The notes below the pieces were generated by a model. The model worked only from the letters and a program-made list of their open reading frames with translations, was not told the origin of the DNA and ran no database searches. The position numbers were made by a program, and so were the translations under genes. From a virus, in IMG/VR virus record IMGVR_UViG_3300014913_001094, positions 27,454 to 91,453 of that record: a DNA stretch of 64,000 bases; one strand, given 5' to 3'. Each line of letters opens with the position of its first letter. Position 1 is the first letter of the stretch. Positions 28,281 to 42,878 of the stretch are shown here, in pieces.

Positions 28281-28885
28281 TGTCAATTGAGAATCCTAAA
28301 TTCATCTATTCCTCCTCTGCTGATAGAGGGCTCGATACACTTCTTTATTTATGGCAATTTATTCGTAAAGAGTTTCCAGAAGCAACCTTAGATGTTCTAT
28401 ACGGTTTTGAAAATTGGAAAAAGTCGATTCTTGCATCTGGAAATGAACAACAGAAGCAGTGGATGGAGTCAATTGAAGAAGGATTAAATCAACCTGGTGT
28501 CACCAACCATGGTCGTGTAAGTCAGGATGAGTTAGCTAAATACTGGCAACAGATGGATATATGGGCCTATCCAACAAGATTCACCGAGACATACTGCATA
28601 ACTGCGCTTGAGGCACAACTCTACAGAACAGCAATTGTCACAACTCGTCTTGCTGGTCTTATTGATACAGTTGGTGATCGTGGTATCTTGATTGATGGAG
28701 ATGCTTATACTAAAGAATATCGTGAACAATTTCTCAGTGAAGTTTTTGCAATTTTGCGTGATGATGAGCGTAGAGAAGTTATGTTAGATAAAGCAGAAAA
28801 ATGTGCCAAAAAACTAACATGGTCAAATCGTGCAAAAGAATGGACTGATGTATTTAAACAAAATGGTCTAACTTTTCCGAAATAG
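28280..28885 (+). CDS. C-terminal (donor-binding) half of a split GT4 glycosyltransferase
   Basis: FIYSSSADRGL, HGRVSQ, YPTRFTETYCITALEAQ; TAATG coupling to the upstream gene. Confidence 0.85.
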   Translation: MSIENPKFIYSSSADRGLDTLLYLWQFIRKEFPEATLDVLYGFENWKKSILASGNEQQKQWMESIEEGLNQPGVTNHGRVSQDELAKYWQQMDIWAYPTRFTETYCITALEAQLYRTAIVTTRLAGLIDTVGDRGILIDGDAYTKEYREQFLSEVFAILRDDERREVMLDKAEKCAKKLTWSNRAKEWTDVFKQNGLTFPK

Positions 28886-28892
28886 AGGATTT

Positions 28893-29189
28893 ATGAACCT
28901 AGATAGATATCAAAAGCTATTCGAAAGATTTTATGAACAATTCGGAGAAGTAAGGGATGATAGTCCTTTAGAAATACGATACAATCACCTGCTCGGTCAA
29001 GTAGATATCCTAGGAAAGTTTTTATTAGAACATTTTGATCATGAGATTGGAGGAGGTCCTGATCCAGGTGGTGAAGGTGCCTGTGAATTAGTCGTAAGAC
29101 TGCTACAAGGTTGCAGAGCACCAGAACATAGGCTGTATCGTATCATTGGTCAACCCTTTTCTTGCCCTTGTTTTCCTGACCCCTCCTAA
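28893..29189 (+). CDS. Hypothetical protein
   Basis: RBS AGAGG; 98 aa; no recognised motif. Confidence 0.5.
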   Translation: MNLDRYQKLFERFYEQFGEVRDDSPLEIRYNHLLGQVDILGKFLLEHFDHEIGGGPDPGGEGACELVVRLLQGCRAPEHRLYRIIGQPFSCPCFPDPS

Positions 29190-29216
29190 AAATCCTGTCT
29201 ATTTCACATCTTACCC

Positions 29217-29249
29217 TCCCAAACCTATCGATTTTCTTCTCCTTAAATG
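29217..29249 (+). promoter_or_regulatory. Putative promoter, class B, upstream of the collagen genes
   Basis: TCCCAAACCTATCGATTTTCTTCTCCTTAAATG is a near copy of 7581-7616. Confidence 0.6.
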
Positions 29250-29306
29250 AGGCTACACGTATAGTCTGATTCCTTGTTTTAACAGCACCTGGATTCCGGA
29301 GATAAG

Positions 29307-34052
<4,746 letters not shown>

Positions 34053-34063
34053 GGGAACGATAA

Positions 34064-37000
34064 ATGGTGATCGGTCGCACAATAGATCTACGAAACAACA
34101 CAATAAGTGATATTCTGATAGAAGACTTAGGTGTCATTCTACCGGCAAACCTCACTTCCAATACCACTAATGTTGTAAGGATAACAGACTTTGTCCAAGC
34201 TGATACTCTTGATTTTTCACAAGATCTAAGAAGTCTCATTACCAGTGGGCAGGTGAGCGTAAACGGACACAATGGTACTGGAGACGGAACGGCTACGACT
34301 AATCTAGAAATAGCGGAGAGTCTTGATGAAGTTTCAATCACCACTATTCGTTCCTCTGCTGAAGATTTTGAACATCTTGATAAAGGAGGCCTAAGTCTCC
34401 TTGTAACAGGCGGACATTATAATGTTGGTGGAGTTCATGGGGTTGCACCTAGTACTACCTTAGTTCTTACTGATAACGCAACTAATTATATTTATGCTGA
34501 TCCTGTAGGTGGAACGATAGCCTTCAGTACAATTGGTTTTCCTGATAATTCAACACCTCTTTGGACAGCAACAACCTCCGGTGGAGATATAGATAGCACA
34601 TTCGATCATAGAACATTTGTAGTCCCTAATACCTCAGGTGAAACAGGTGTAGCAGGAACAACAGGTGTCCGTGGAGTAACAGGTCTCTTAGGTGAAACAG
34701 GACTAATAGGAGAGACAGGACTTCAAGGACTTCAAGGAACGACAGGCATTCGTGGAGTAACAGGTATCCTTGGTCAAACTGGTGTTCAAGGCGAACAAGG
34801 AACAACTGGAGTTCGTGGAGTAACAGGTATACTTGGTCAAACAGGAATCCAAGGTATCCAAGGTGACACAGGCGTCCAAGGTATCCAAGGTACTACGGGT
34901 GTAGTTGGAACAGCAGGAGACCAAGGCGAGACAGGAATCCAAGGAGACCAAGGTGACCAAGGTGAAACTGGAACTCAAGGTATCCAAGGAGACCAAGGCG
35001 ATACAGGCGTCCAAGGCCTTCAAGGAGACACTGGAGCACTAGGTAACACAGGACTCCAAGGAGCAGTAGGCGATCAAGGACAAACTGGTACACAAGGTAT
35101 CCAAGGTAACGTTGGTGACCAAGGTCAAACTGGTGTTCAAGGAATCCAAGGTAATCAAGGTAATACTGGTAATCAAGGTGATACAGGTGTTCAAGGTATC
35201 CAAGGGATAACGGGACTTGGTACAACTGGTCCAGAAGGACAAACAGGTACTCAAGGCATTCAAGGTACCCAAGGCGATCAAGGTGAAACTGGTGTAGAAG
35301 GACAAACTGGTCCCACTGGTGGAGTCGGAGCTCAAGGTAGCACAGGTCTTCGAGGTGAAACAGGTACTCAAGGCATCCAAGGCAACCAAGGTAACGTAGG
35401 TGCCCAAGGTGAAACAGGCCTTCAAGGCGTCGTAGGTGACGAAGGTCAAACAGGCATCCAAGGACAAACAGGAGCATTAGGTAATACAGGTGCTCAAGGA
35501 GTTCAGGGTAACCAAGGTAATCAAGGCGACCAAGGACAAACTGGTATTCAAGGTAATCAGGGTGCACAAGGTATAACTGGACTACAAGGTAACACAGGTA
35601 TCCAAGGTACCCAAGGAGACACTGGAGCACTGGGCAATACAGGTGCCCAAGGCGAAACAGGTCTCCAAGGTGTCCAAGGTAACCAAGGTACCCAAGGTGA
35701 CACTGGTACTCAAGGCGACCAAGGTGACACAGGTACTCAAGGTACTCAAGGAACAACAGGCGATCAAGGTGACACAGGTATCCAAGGTGAAACAGGAACA
35801 CAAGGTATCCAAGGTGACACAGGTACTCAAGGTATCCAAGGCGACACAGGTGTAGACGGAACAACCGGCGACCAAGGTGAAACAGGACTTCAGGGTGAAA
35901 CTGGTCTTCAAGGTATCATAGGTGATACAGGTACTCAAGGCATCCAAGGAGACACTGGAGCACTAGGTAACACAGGACTCCAAGGAACAGTAGGTGACGA
36001 AGGTCAAACTGGTATTCAAGGTATCCAAGGTAATGTTGGTGATGAGGGACAAACTGGTGTTCAAGGAGTTCAAGGCAATCAAGGTAACACTGGTGACCAA
36101 GGCGATACAGGTGTTCTAGGTCTTCAAGGTACCACAGGTGTTGGTGCAACTGGTCCAGCTGGTCCAGAAGGACAAACTGGTCCTCAAGGTACTCAAGGTG
36201 ACCAAGGTGACACAGGCGTAGAAGGACAAACTGGTCCCGTTGGTGGAGTCGGAGCTCAAGGAGAAACAGGTCCACAAGGATTAACAGGATTACTAGGTGA
36301 GACTGGTCCGTTACAGCAAGGTGAAACTGGCGTAGAAGGACAAACTGGCGTTCAAGGCGTCCAAGGTGACCAAGGTGAAACTGGAACTCAAGGTATCCAA
36401 GGTGATACAGGCATCCAAGGACAAACTGGTGCGCTAGGCAACACTGGTGTTCAAGGAGTTCAGGGTAACCAAGGTAATCAAGGCGACCAAGGACAAACTG
36501 GTATCCAAGGTAACCAAGGTACACAAGGTATAACTGGACTACAAGGTAACACAGGTATCCAAGGTATCCAAGGAGATACTGGTATCCAAGGAGACCAAGG
36601 AGACACAGGTACTCAAGGCATCCAAGGAGACCAAGGTGAAACAGGTACTCAAGGTATCCAAGGAGACCAAGGTGAAACAGGTACTCAAGGTATCCAAGGA
36701 GACCAAGGTGATCAAGGTGACACAGGCATCCAAGGTGACCAAGGTGAAACAGGTACTCAAGGTATTCAAGGTACCCAAGGCGATCAAGGTGAAACTGGTG
36801 CTCAAGGACAAACAGGCGCACTAGGTAATACAGGGGCTCAGGGTACTCAAGGTGACACAGGTACTCAAGGAATCCAAGGCGACCAAGGTGAAACAGGTAT
36901 TCAAGGCATCCAAGGAGACACTGGAGCACTAGGTAACACAGGACTCCAAGGAACAGCAGGCAACCAAGGACAAACTGGCGTTCAGGGTATCCAAGGTAAT

Positions 37001-38974
37001 GTTGGCGATGAAGGTCAAACTGGTGTTCAGGGAGTTCAAGGCAATCAAGGTAACACTGGTGACCAAGGTGGCACAGGTGTTCAAGGTACCCAAGGGATAA
37101 CAGGACTTGGTGCAACTGGTCCAGTTGGTTCAGAAGGACAAACAGGTACACAAGGTACTCAAGGTAACCAAGGCCTCCAAGGTGAAACTGGCGTAGAAGG
37201 ACAAACTGGTCCCGTTGGTGGAGTTGGAGCTCAAGGAGAAACTGGTACCCAAGGAATTCAAGGTACTCAAGGTGACCAGGGCAACACAGGTACTCAAGGA
37301 CAAACAGGTATCCAAGGAGTCCAAGGTGAAACAGGTCTTCAAGGTATCCAAGGCACTCAAGGCAATACTGGTGTTCAAGGAGTACAAGGCAATCAAGGTA
37401 ACCAAGGTAACCAAGGACAAACTGGTATCCAAGGTAACCAAGGTACACAAGGTATAACGGGATTACAAGGTAATACAGGTGTCCAAGGTGCTCAAGGTGA
37501 TACTGGAGCACTAGGTAATACTGGTGCCCTTGGAGAAACAGGTACTCAAGGCATCCAAGGCGACCAAGGCGACCAAGGCGACACAGGCATCCAAGGCGAC
37601 CAAGGCGACACTGGTACTCAAGGTATCCAAGGTATCCAAGGCGATCAAGGTGATACAGGTGCTCAAGGACAAACAGGTGCTCTAGGTAATACAGGTGCTC
37701 AAGGCATTCAAGGTGATACAGGTATCCAAGGTCAGACTGGTACACTAGGTAATACAGGTATCCAAGGCCTTCAAGGAGACACAGGCGCTCAAGGTCTCAC
37801 CGGTCTTCGAGGATTAACAGGTCTACGAGGTCCAACAGGCGTTCAAGGTCTCAGAGGAACAACAGGTGTTCAAGGTGTTATAGGTAATACAGGTATCCAA
37901 GGACCACAAGGACACACGGGTGCAAAAGGTGCCACCGGCTTCCAAGGAATAACAGGTCTCCAAGGACAAACCGGTATCCAAGGAATAACAGGCCTCCAAG
38001 GACAAACCGGTATTCAAGGACAAACCGGTATCCAAGGAGTCCAAGGACAAACAGGTCTCCAAGGTGAAACAGGTCTCCAAGGACAAACCGGTACTCAAGG
38101 TATCCAAGGCGACCAAGGTGGTACGGGTCTCCAAGGAGTTCAAGGTCAAACTGGTGCTCAAGGTCAAACTGGTACTCAAGGCAACCAAGGACAAACTGGT
38201 ACTCAAGGTACTCAAGGCGATCAAGGCGATCAAGGTGAAACTGGAGTACAAGGTCTCCAAGGCGAAACCGGAACCCAAGGTATTCAAGGCGACGAAGGAC
38301 AAACAGGCGTTCAAGGTGTTCAGGGTCTTCAAGGACAAACAGGTGTCCAAGGTATCCAAGGCATTCAAGGTGTCCAAGGCATTCAAGGTGAAACAGGTGT
38401 TCAAGGTATCCAAGGTGACCAAGGCAACCAAGGCAACCAAGGCGACCAAGGTGATACTGGTATCCAAGGACAAACAGGCATTCAAGGTGTCGAAGGACAA
38501 ACTGGTGCTCTTGGACTACAGGGATACACAGGAGTATCAGGTGAAACAGGTGTCCAAGGCATCACAGGATTAGTAGGAGAAACAGGCGCTGAAGGAGTCG
38601 GCAACACTGGCTACGGAACTGGTTCTGGAGGACTACAAGTAATTTGTTTTAGTGATACACGACCTAGTGGAGCGTCATATTTACCTATTGGAGACGCTAT
38701 CAATGCAAAAACAGGAGTACTGCTTCCTGTTGACGTCACTGTCCAATATATAACATGTAAATGGCAAAAAACACAGGACTTCTATGTACGTCTTCGACGA
38801 AACAATGACAGTATAAATATGTATTCATTAAACTGCACAGGAGAAGAGCAATCAGCCCTAGATGTAGGTATTTCGTACACAGCAGGTGATTTTTTACAAG
38901 TCTACTGTGATGAAGTAGACACAAGCATTAATGATCTAGTTGTTTCACTATGGTTCCAATTGGATAATAATTAA
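34064..38974 (+). CDS. Collagen-like fibre protein 2 (1636 aa) with N-terminal attachment domains
   Basis: G-X-(T/Q) at about 34636-38610; C-terminal domain aligns by eye with that of fibre 1 (G..(A/L)P...T...I....AG....V). Confidence 0.92.
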   Translation: MVIGRTIDLRNNTISDILIEDLGVILPANLTSNTTNVVRITDFVQADTLDFSQDLRSLITSGQVSVNGHNGTGDGTATTNLEIAESLDEVSITTIRSSAEDFEHLDKGGLSLLVTGGHYNVGGVHGVAPSTTLVLTDNATNYIYADPVGGTIAFSTIGFPDNSTPLWTATTSGGDIDSTFDHRTFVVPNTSGETGVAGTTGVRGVTGLLGETGLIGETGLQGLQGTTGIRGVTGILGQTGVQGEQGTTGVRGVTGILGQTGIQGIQGDTGVQGIQGTTGVVGTAGDQGETGIQGDQGDQGETGTQGIQGDQGDTGVQGLQGDTGALGNTGLQGAVGDQGQTGTQGIQGNVGDQGQTGVQGIQGNQGNTGNQGDTGVQGIQGITGLGTTGPEGQTGTQGIQGTQGDQGETGVEGQTGPTGGVGAQGSTGLRGETGTQGIQGNQGNVGAQGETGLQGVVGDEGQTGIQGQTGALGNTGAQGVQGNQGNQGDQGQTGIQGNQGAQGITGLQGNTGIQGTQGDTGALGNTGAQGETGLQGVQGNQGTQGDTGTQGDQGDTGTQGTQGTTGDQGDTGIQGETGTQGIQGDTGTQGIQGDTGVDGTTGDQGETGLQGETGLQGIIGDTGTQGIQGDTGALGNTGLQGTVGDEGQTGIQGIQGNVGDEGQTGVQGVQGNQGNTGDQGDTGVLGLQGTTGVGATGPAGPEGQTGPQGTQGDQGDTGVEGQTGPVGGVGAQGETGPQGLTGLLGETGPLQQGETGVEGQTGVQGVQGDQGETGTQGIQGDTGIQGQTGALGNTGVQGVQGNQGNQGDQGQTGIQGNQGTQGITGLQGNTGIQGIQGDTGIQGDQGDTGTQGIQGDQGETGTQGIQGDQGETGTQGIQGDQGDQGDTGIQGDQGETGTQGIQGTQGDQGETGAQGQTGALGNTGAQGTQGDTGTQGIQGDQGETGIQGIQGDTGALGNTGLQGTAGNQGQTGVQGIQGNVGDEGQTGVQGVQGNQGNTGDQGGTGVQGTQGITGLGATGPVGSEGQTGTQGTQGNQGLQGETGVEGQTGPVGGVGAQGETGTQGIQGTQGDQGNTGTQGQTGIQGVQGETGLQGIQGTQGNTGVQGVQGNQGNQGNQGQTGIQGNQGTQGITGLQGNTGVQGAQGDTGALGNTGALGETGTQGIQGDQGDQGDTGIQGDQGDTGTQGIQGIQGDQGDTGAQGQTGALGNTGAQGIQGDTGIQGQTGTLGNTGIQGLQGDTGAQGLTGLRGLTGLRGPTGVQGLRGTTGVQGVIGNTGIQGPQGHTGAKGATGFQGITGLQGQTGIQGITGLQGQTGIQGQTGIQGVQGQTGLQGETGLQGQTGTQGIQGDQGGTGLQGVQGQTGAQGQTGTQGNQGQTGTQGTQGDQGDQGETGVQGLQGETGTQGIQGDEGQTGVQGVQGLQGQTGVQGIQGIQGVQGIQGETGVQGIQGDQGNQGNQGDQGDTGIQGQTGIQGVEGQTGALGLQGYTGVSGETGVQGITGLVGETGAEGVGNTGYGTGSGGLQVICFSDTRPSGASYLPIGDAINAKTGVLLPVDVTVQYITCKWQKTQDFYVRLRRNNDSINMYSLNCTGEEQSALDVGISYTAGDFLQVYCDEVDTSINDLVVSLWFQLDNN
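35021..37740 (+). repeat. Three imperfect tandem copies of a ~0.95-kb collagen block
   Basis: Identical 42-mer CAAGGAGACACTGGAGCACTAGGTAACACAGGACTCCAAGGA at 35021, 35945 and 36911, each followed by collinear peptide sequence; end coordinate approximate. Confidence 0.75.
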
Positions 38975-38984
38975 GGAGTAATAA

Positions 38985-40154
38985 ATGGTAATTAGGATTG
39001 TAAAAAATAACACACCGAGTCCAGTAGTATTAAGCGACCTCGGTGGATTAACGGTTCCCGCTAGCGGACAACTTGATTTATATCTAGGCAATAGTTTAGA
39101 AGAATTAGCACAATCTGATGATCTCGCTATTTTTATTGGAGATGGAACACTCACATTAAATGTAGGTCAAGATGCTGATATTCCTTTTCCTCGCTCTCTT
39201 GATATTATTCGCAATATTCCACAGGTTTGCAGTACAACACATAATGATGCAAAATTAAATGTTGTATCAACCCCAAGACCAACAGGAACATTTTTTCATG
39301 CAACAGGTCGTGCTGATCATGTTCATGAAGGCGGCGATTTATCTCCTCGCTTTGGAGGCGGCAATCATTTTTATTTCCGTCATACCATTTATCAACATGG
39401 TCAAGACATAGAAGACGTGTTTGCTCCGCCAGGAGAGTTTATTAGTGGTGATCATTCAGGTGGACTATATTCAGATTACTGGATTAATCGAATGTATTTT
39501 GATGTTAAAACTGCGGAGAATGAAACACATTTATACGATGGCCTACTCTGTTGGGATATAGATACATCAGAACCAGCGATGGTAGCGCTAACAGTGGATA
39601 TTGTCACGATTCCATGTAATTTTGCGCCTTTTGCGGTTGCTCCTGGAACAGGAAACGCAATGTTAATGGGCGGCTATCTGGCAGTACCTCATCCAACTGG
39701 ACAAGGTGATTTTAATCTACCATTTGGTCAAACTGAAGAACAAACCCCTCAAGACATGAATATATTTGAATTTAAGCCTTCTTTATTGCAAGGAACTTAC
39801 AGTACTCCTGCTTTCTTTACTATTGAATATAATCTCACAACACATAAGTATTTTAATTTATTGCCTCGTGAAAATCCGTATGATAAGAGTCCTAACTTAG
39901 ATACTGGAAATCCTAATATAAAAAGAATGACTGGTAATTTCTTTGCTATAGAGATTCCAGTACATAATTTTGTTGAGAGCTTTGTTTTGATCAACAACAA
40001 TCCCTATATGTCAATTGGTTCTGGTGACCCAATTAGTCTAGGTGCTAATACAAGGATAAGAGCAACAGCAAAAACGATTATTGATGAGCATCATAGAAAT
40101 TCGGCATGGCAGATAGCGATGTTACTTAAAATGTATCGTATGCGTACCATATAG
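38985..40154 (+). CDS. Probable virion protein with the shared N-terminal module
   Basis: RBS AAGGAG; IVKNNT..LSDLGGL.VP..ELAQSDDLAIFIGDGTLTL. Confidence 0.7.
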   Translation: MVIRIVKNNTPSPVVLSDLGGLTVPASGQLDLYLGNSLEELAQSDDLAIFIGDGTLTLNVGQDADIPFPRSLDIIRNIPQVCSTTHNDAKLNVVSTPRPTGTFFHATGRADHVHEGGDLSPRFGGGNHFYFRHTIYQHGQDIEDVFAPPGEFISGDHSGGLYSDYWINRMYFDVKTAENETHLYDGLLCWDIDTSEPAMVALTVDIVTIPCNFAPFAVAPGTGNAMLMGGYLAVPHPTGQGDFNLPFGQTEEQTPQDMNIFEFKPSLLQGTYSTPAFFTIEYNLTTHKYFNLLPRENPYDKSPNLDTGNPNIKRMTGNFFAIEIPVHNFVESFVLINNNPYMSIGSGDPISLGANTRIRATAKTIIDEHHRNSAWQIAMLLKMYRMRTI

Positions 40155-40169
40155 AAAGGGGAACAATAA

Positions 40170-40373
40170 ATGAGTACTGAAAATGATCTTAAAAATGATC
40201 CTGAATATCAAAAGAAGAATGAAAAGAAGTTAAAAGAAATAAACAAAGCGAGAGACAGCAAAAAGCATTTCGAAGAAATAAGTCGTCTTATTCGACTTTG
40301 GAATAAAGATAGTACCTTTGATACGGGTGAAAGAATTTGGAAAGAACATATCGAACCGAAGTTAGGGGAATAA
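40170..40373 (+). CDS. Small hypothetical protein
   Basis: RBS AAGGGG; 67 aa, charged. Confidence 0.6.
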   Translation: MSTENDLKNDPEYQKKNEKKLKEINKARDSKKHFEEISRLIRLWNKDSTFDTGERIWKEHIEPKLGE

Positions 40374-40376
40374 AAA

Positions 40377-41222
40377 ATGGCTAGACCAATTTTAGTTGGC
40401 AGTGTCTATCAACAAAATAGTCGTGCTGTATTGAAAATGAGCATGTCGATTCAAGGATCACCGGCAATAGGAGAAGTACCAATTGTTACTATTATCCGCG
40501 ATAGAGATCTATATGCTGTTGATTTTACCACCTCAACTTTTGAGCCAACTACTCCAGCTACCATAACTGTTAATCCTAACTTCAAGTCGGCAATGTCTGA
40601 GGTAGGAGCTGGTAGTTATCTCTTCAATTTTGATCCGGAAGATTATGAAGGAGTCGAGCCTGGTAGTTATACAATAATCTTCCGCAATGAACGAGTTGGA
40701 GCTGAAGCAACAACACAAGATGAGTTGTTCTACACTGGACCAGCCGGTTCACTTTCAGCTGGGCCAAAACTTGGATTTATTGATAGGTATAAAGATGTTT
40801 GCTTGAATTCAGATACTTTAATTGCTTACTTGGCAACACCAGGACAAAATGATGTTATACTTAATATTTTTGATCCTCTTGACAATCTTGTTGTTGCTGG
40901 TGCTACGATGACAGAGCTCGATGACACAGGAGTTTTTAAGTATAACTATACCTTCTCATTAGCTGGTGATTATATTCTAATGGGTTCGGAAGCGTCGAAT
41001 AATTCTAACGATGCCCTAGTAATAACAGTAGGTGGCAATTGTTGTACACTAAAAAGAATTGAACAACAACTTGGAGCATTAATTTCTTGTCCACCTTCAG
41101 TAACTTCAGGTGGTGAAACAAATTATTGTAATACTTCTTCTGTTTGTAGTACTTGCAATCAACCTTGTGGAACTTGTAATTGTTCATCAAACTCATCAGG
41201 CGGCAGTTGTTCGTCTTGCTAA
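40377..41222 (+). CDS. Double Ig-like protein with Cys-rich C-terminus
   Basis: MSEVGAGSYLFNF and MTELDDTGVFKYNY; tail CNTSSVCSTCNQPCGTCNC..SCSSC. Confidence 0.7.
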   Translation: MARPILVGSVYQQNSRAVLKMSMSIQGSPAIGEVPIVTIIRDRDLYAVDFTTSTFEPTTPATITVNPNFKSAMSEVGAGSYLFNFDPEDYEGVEPGSYTIIFRNERVGAEATTQDELFYTGPAGSLSAGPKLGFIDRYKDVCLNSDTLIAYLATPGQNDVILNIFDPLDNLVVAGATMTELDDTGVFKYNYTFSLAGDYILMGSEASNNSNDALVITVGGNCCTLKRIEQQLGALISCPPSVTSGGETNYCNTSSVCSTCNQPCGTCNCSSNSSGGSCSSC

Positions 41223-41234
41223 TAAGGAGAAAAT

Positions 41235-42497
41235 ATGTCTGATTGCTCATGTGGAAGCTGTGGAAGCTCACAACCAGAGCGAATTCGCCTTACACGAAAT
41301 GTCAATGCAAGTTGTCAACCAATTGGTTGCTGTGCTCCAATATCATGTCACTGCACAAGAGCTGACTGGCTTTCTGGCATTGACTGTTGTTGCAGTGGTG
41401 GACAAAGTCTGACAGATTGTGTAGTAGCAATTGAGCAAGGCGCAGTAGGAAAATTGATTGCGATTTTCAGAGATGGAGATGGTGTTTATAGAGATCCATC
41501 TGCACCAAAAATCACTATTAAAGATCCATGTGGTAACACAATCTTATTAAGTCAAGATATGTCTAGAGAAAGTACAGGATTGTACTTCTTCTATTTTGGA
41601 ACCGATGGAACTACGCCTCTTGGAAGATGGTCAGCTCTTGTCACAGGTTCCTTAGGTGGCGTAGCAGTTCATAATGAATGGACCTTTTGTGTATTAACAG
41701 TTGGTTCAATACCTCGAGACGGCTATGGTTGTGACGGCTATGGTAGTGACGGCTATGGAGACGGCTATGGCTGTGATGGCTATGGTGATGGCTACGGTTG
41801 TGATTGTACCAATAATAATTGCTCCTGCTCTAGTGGAGATGTAGGAATATTTGCAGGCAGAGAAAAATGCGGCTTCGACGGTACAAGCAATGATGCTAGC
41901 GGTAAACCAGGTTCAGCAGACGTTCCTTCCACGGGTGGTTGTAGAACAAATCGTAACGAATGTGGCGATGGATTTTGGGATGGAATCAGCTACGAAGAGT
42001 GCTGCGTAGATCCAATTGGTAAACGAGGGCAGTGTATGAAAGATAAAGGTCATGCAATGCTTAGAGTAAGGCTAAAAGATATAGTACCTTCATGCTGGGC
42101 GTTTACAGAAGATGAGCTTGATATGCAATTAGAGTTAGCGTTGAGCGACTTTAACTCTGTTCCAACATTTACACATTTTACATGGGATACGCTAACAGAT
42201 GCATGGCTAGGTGTTATCGTCTTTGGAGCACAAGTATTTGCTCTATTTTCTCAAGGACTAATTGAAGCAGGTCGAGAATTTAACATCACTGACAATGGTA
42301 TTAACTTTGTACCTCCAGCAATATCAGGTTACATGCAAAGCACTGCATCTACTTTGCTTCAGACTTATGTACAGCAAAGAGATGCTATTAAAGCTAATAT
42401 CAAGCCCAATCCAAGTGGCGTTGGAACTTTTAGAGTTCTTTCTGTAGTTCCAACACTTGCAAGACTACGCCACTTAAGAGCCAGACAGATTATGTAG
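41235..42497 (+). CDS. Probable head-tail connector/neck protein fused to Cys-rich, Ig-like and DGYG-repeat segments
   Basis: C-terminal LRVRLKD..FTEDEL...L..ALSDFN..P..T..EFNITDNGINF is adaptor-like; N-terminal Cys clusters; MSRESTGLYFFYF Ig-like unit. Confidence 0.6.
   Translation: MSDCSCGSCGSSQPERIRLTRNVNASCQPIGCCAPISCHCTRADWLSGIDCCCSGGQSLTDCVVAIEQGAVGKLIAIFRDGDGVYRDPSAPKITIKDPCGNTILLSQDMSRESTGLYFFYFGTDGTTPLGRWSALVTGSLGGVAVHNEWTFCVLTVGSIPRDGYGCDGYGSDGYGDGYGCDGYGDGYGCDCTNNNCSCSSGDVGIFAGREKCGFDGTSNDASGKPGSADVPSTGGCRTNRNECGDGFWDGISYEECCVDPIGKRGQCMKDKGHAMLRVRLKDIVPSCWAFTEDELDMQLELALSDFNSVPTFTHFTWDTLTDAWLGVIVFGAQVFALFSQGLIEAGREFNITDNGINFVPPAISGYMQSTASTLLQTYVQQRDAIKANIKPNPSGVGTFRVLSVVPTLARLRHLRARQIM
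41718..41798 (+). repeat. Six DGYG peptide repeats
   Basis: GA(C/T)GGCTA(T/C)GG x6, encoding DGYGCDGYGSDGYGDGYGCDGYGDGYG. Confidence 0.9.
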
Positions 42498-42509
42498 TAG
42501 GAGGACTCC

Positions 42510-42851
42510 TTGTTAATTGTACCAAATCCACAGTTCAAGAGTTTTAAAAGAGAAAAAGGAAAACGAGTTATAGTCGAATATGTAGTAATGAATCAAAATA
42601 AGCTTGAGGAAGCAAATTTAAAATGGTTTCCGGAAGTGCCAAGTAATGAACTTGTCGAGGCAAATGAAGATATTTTAGAAGACTTTACACAAGCAATGAC
42701 ATTATGTAAAACACATATAGCAGATCCGTTAGTATTTGATTTATGTAGAAAAATAGAAGTTTTAATTAAGCAAATTATGTTAGATCGTTTCACATACCAA
42801 GGTAAAGACTGTTGGGTATTTGAAGAGAAACCACTAGATAAAGAAGACTAA
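42510..42851 (+). CDS. Hypothetical protein
   Basis: TTG start after a strong AGGAGG. Confidence 0.6.
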   Translation: MLIVPNPQFKSFKREKGKRVIVEYVVMNQNKLEEANLKWFPEVPSNELVEANEDILEDFTQAMTLCKTHIADPLVFDLCRKIEVLIKQIMLDRFTYQGKDCWVFEEKPLDKED

Positions 42852-42878
42852 TTTCAAAGTAGTTCTAAGGAGGACAAT

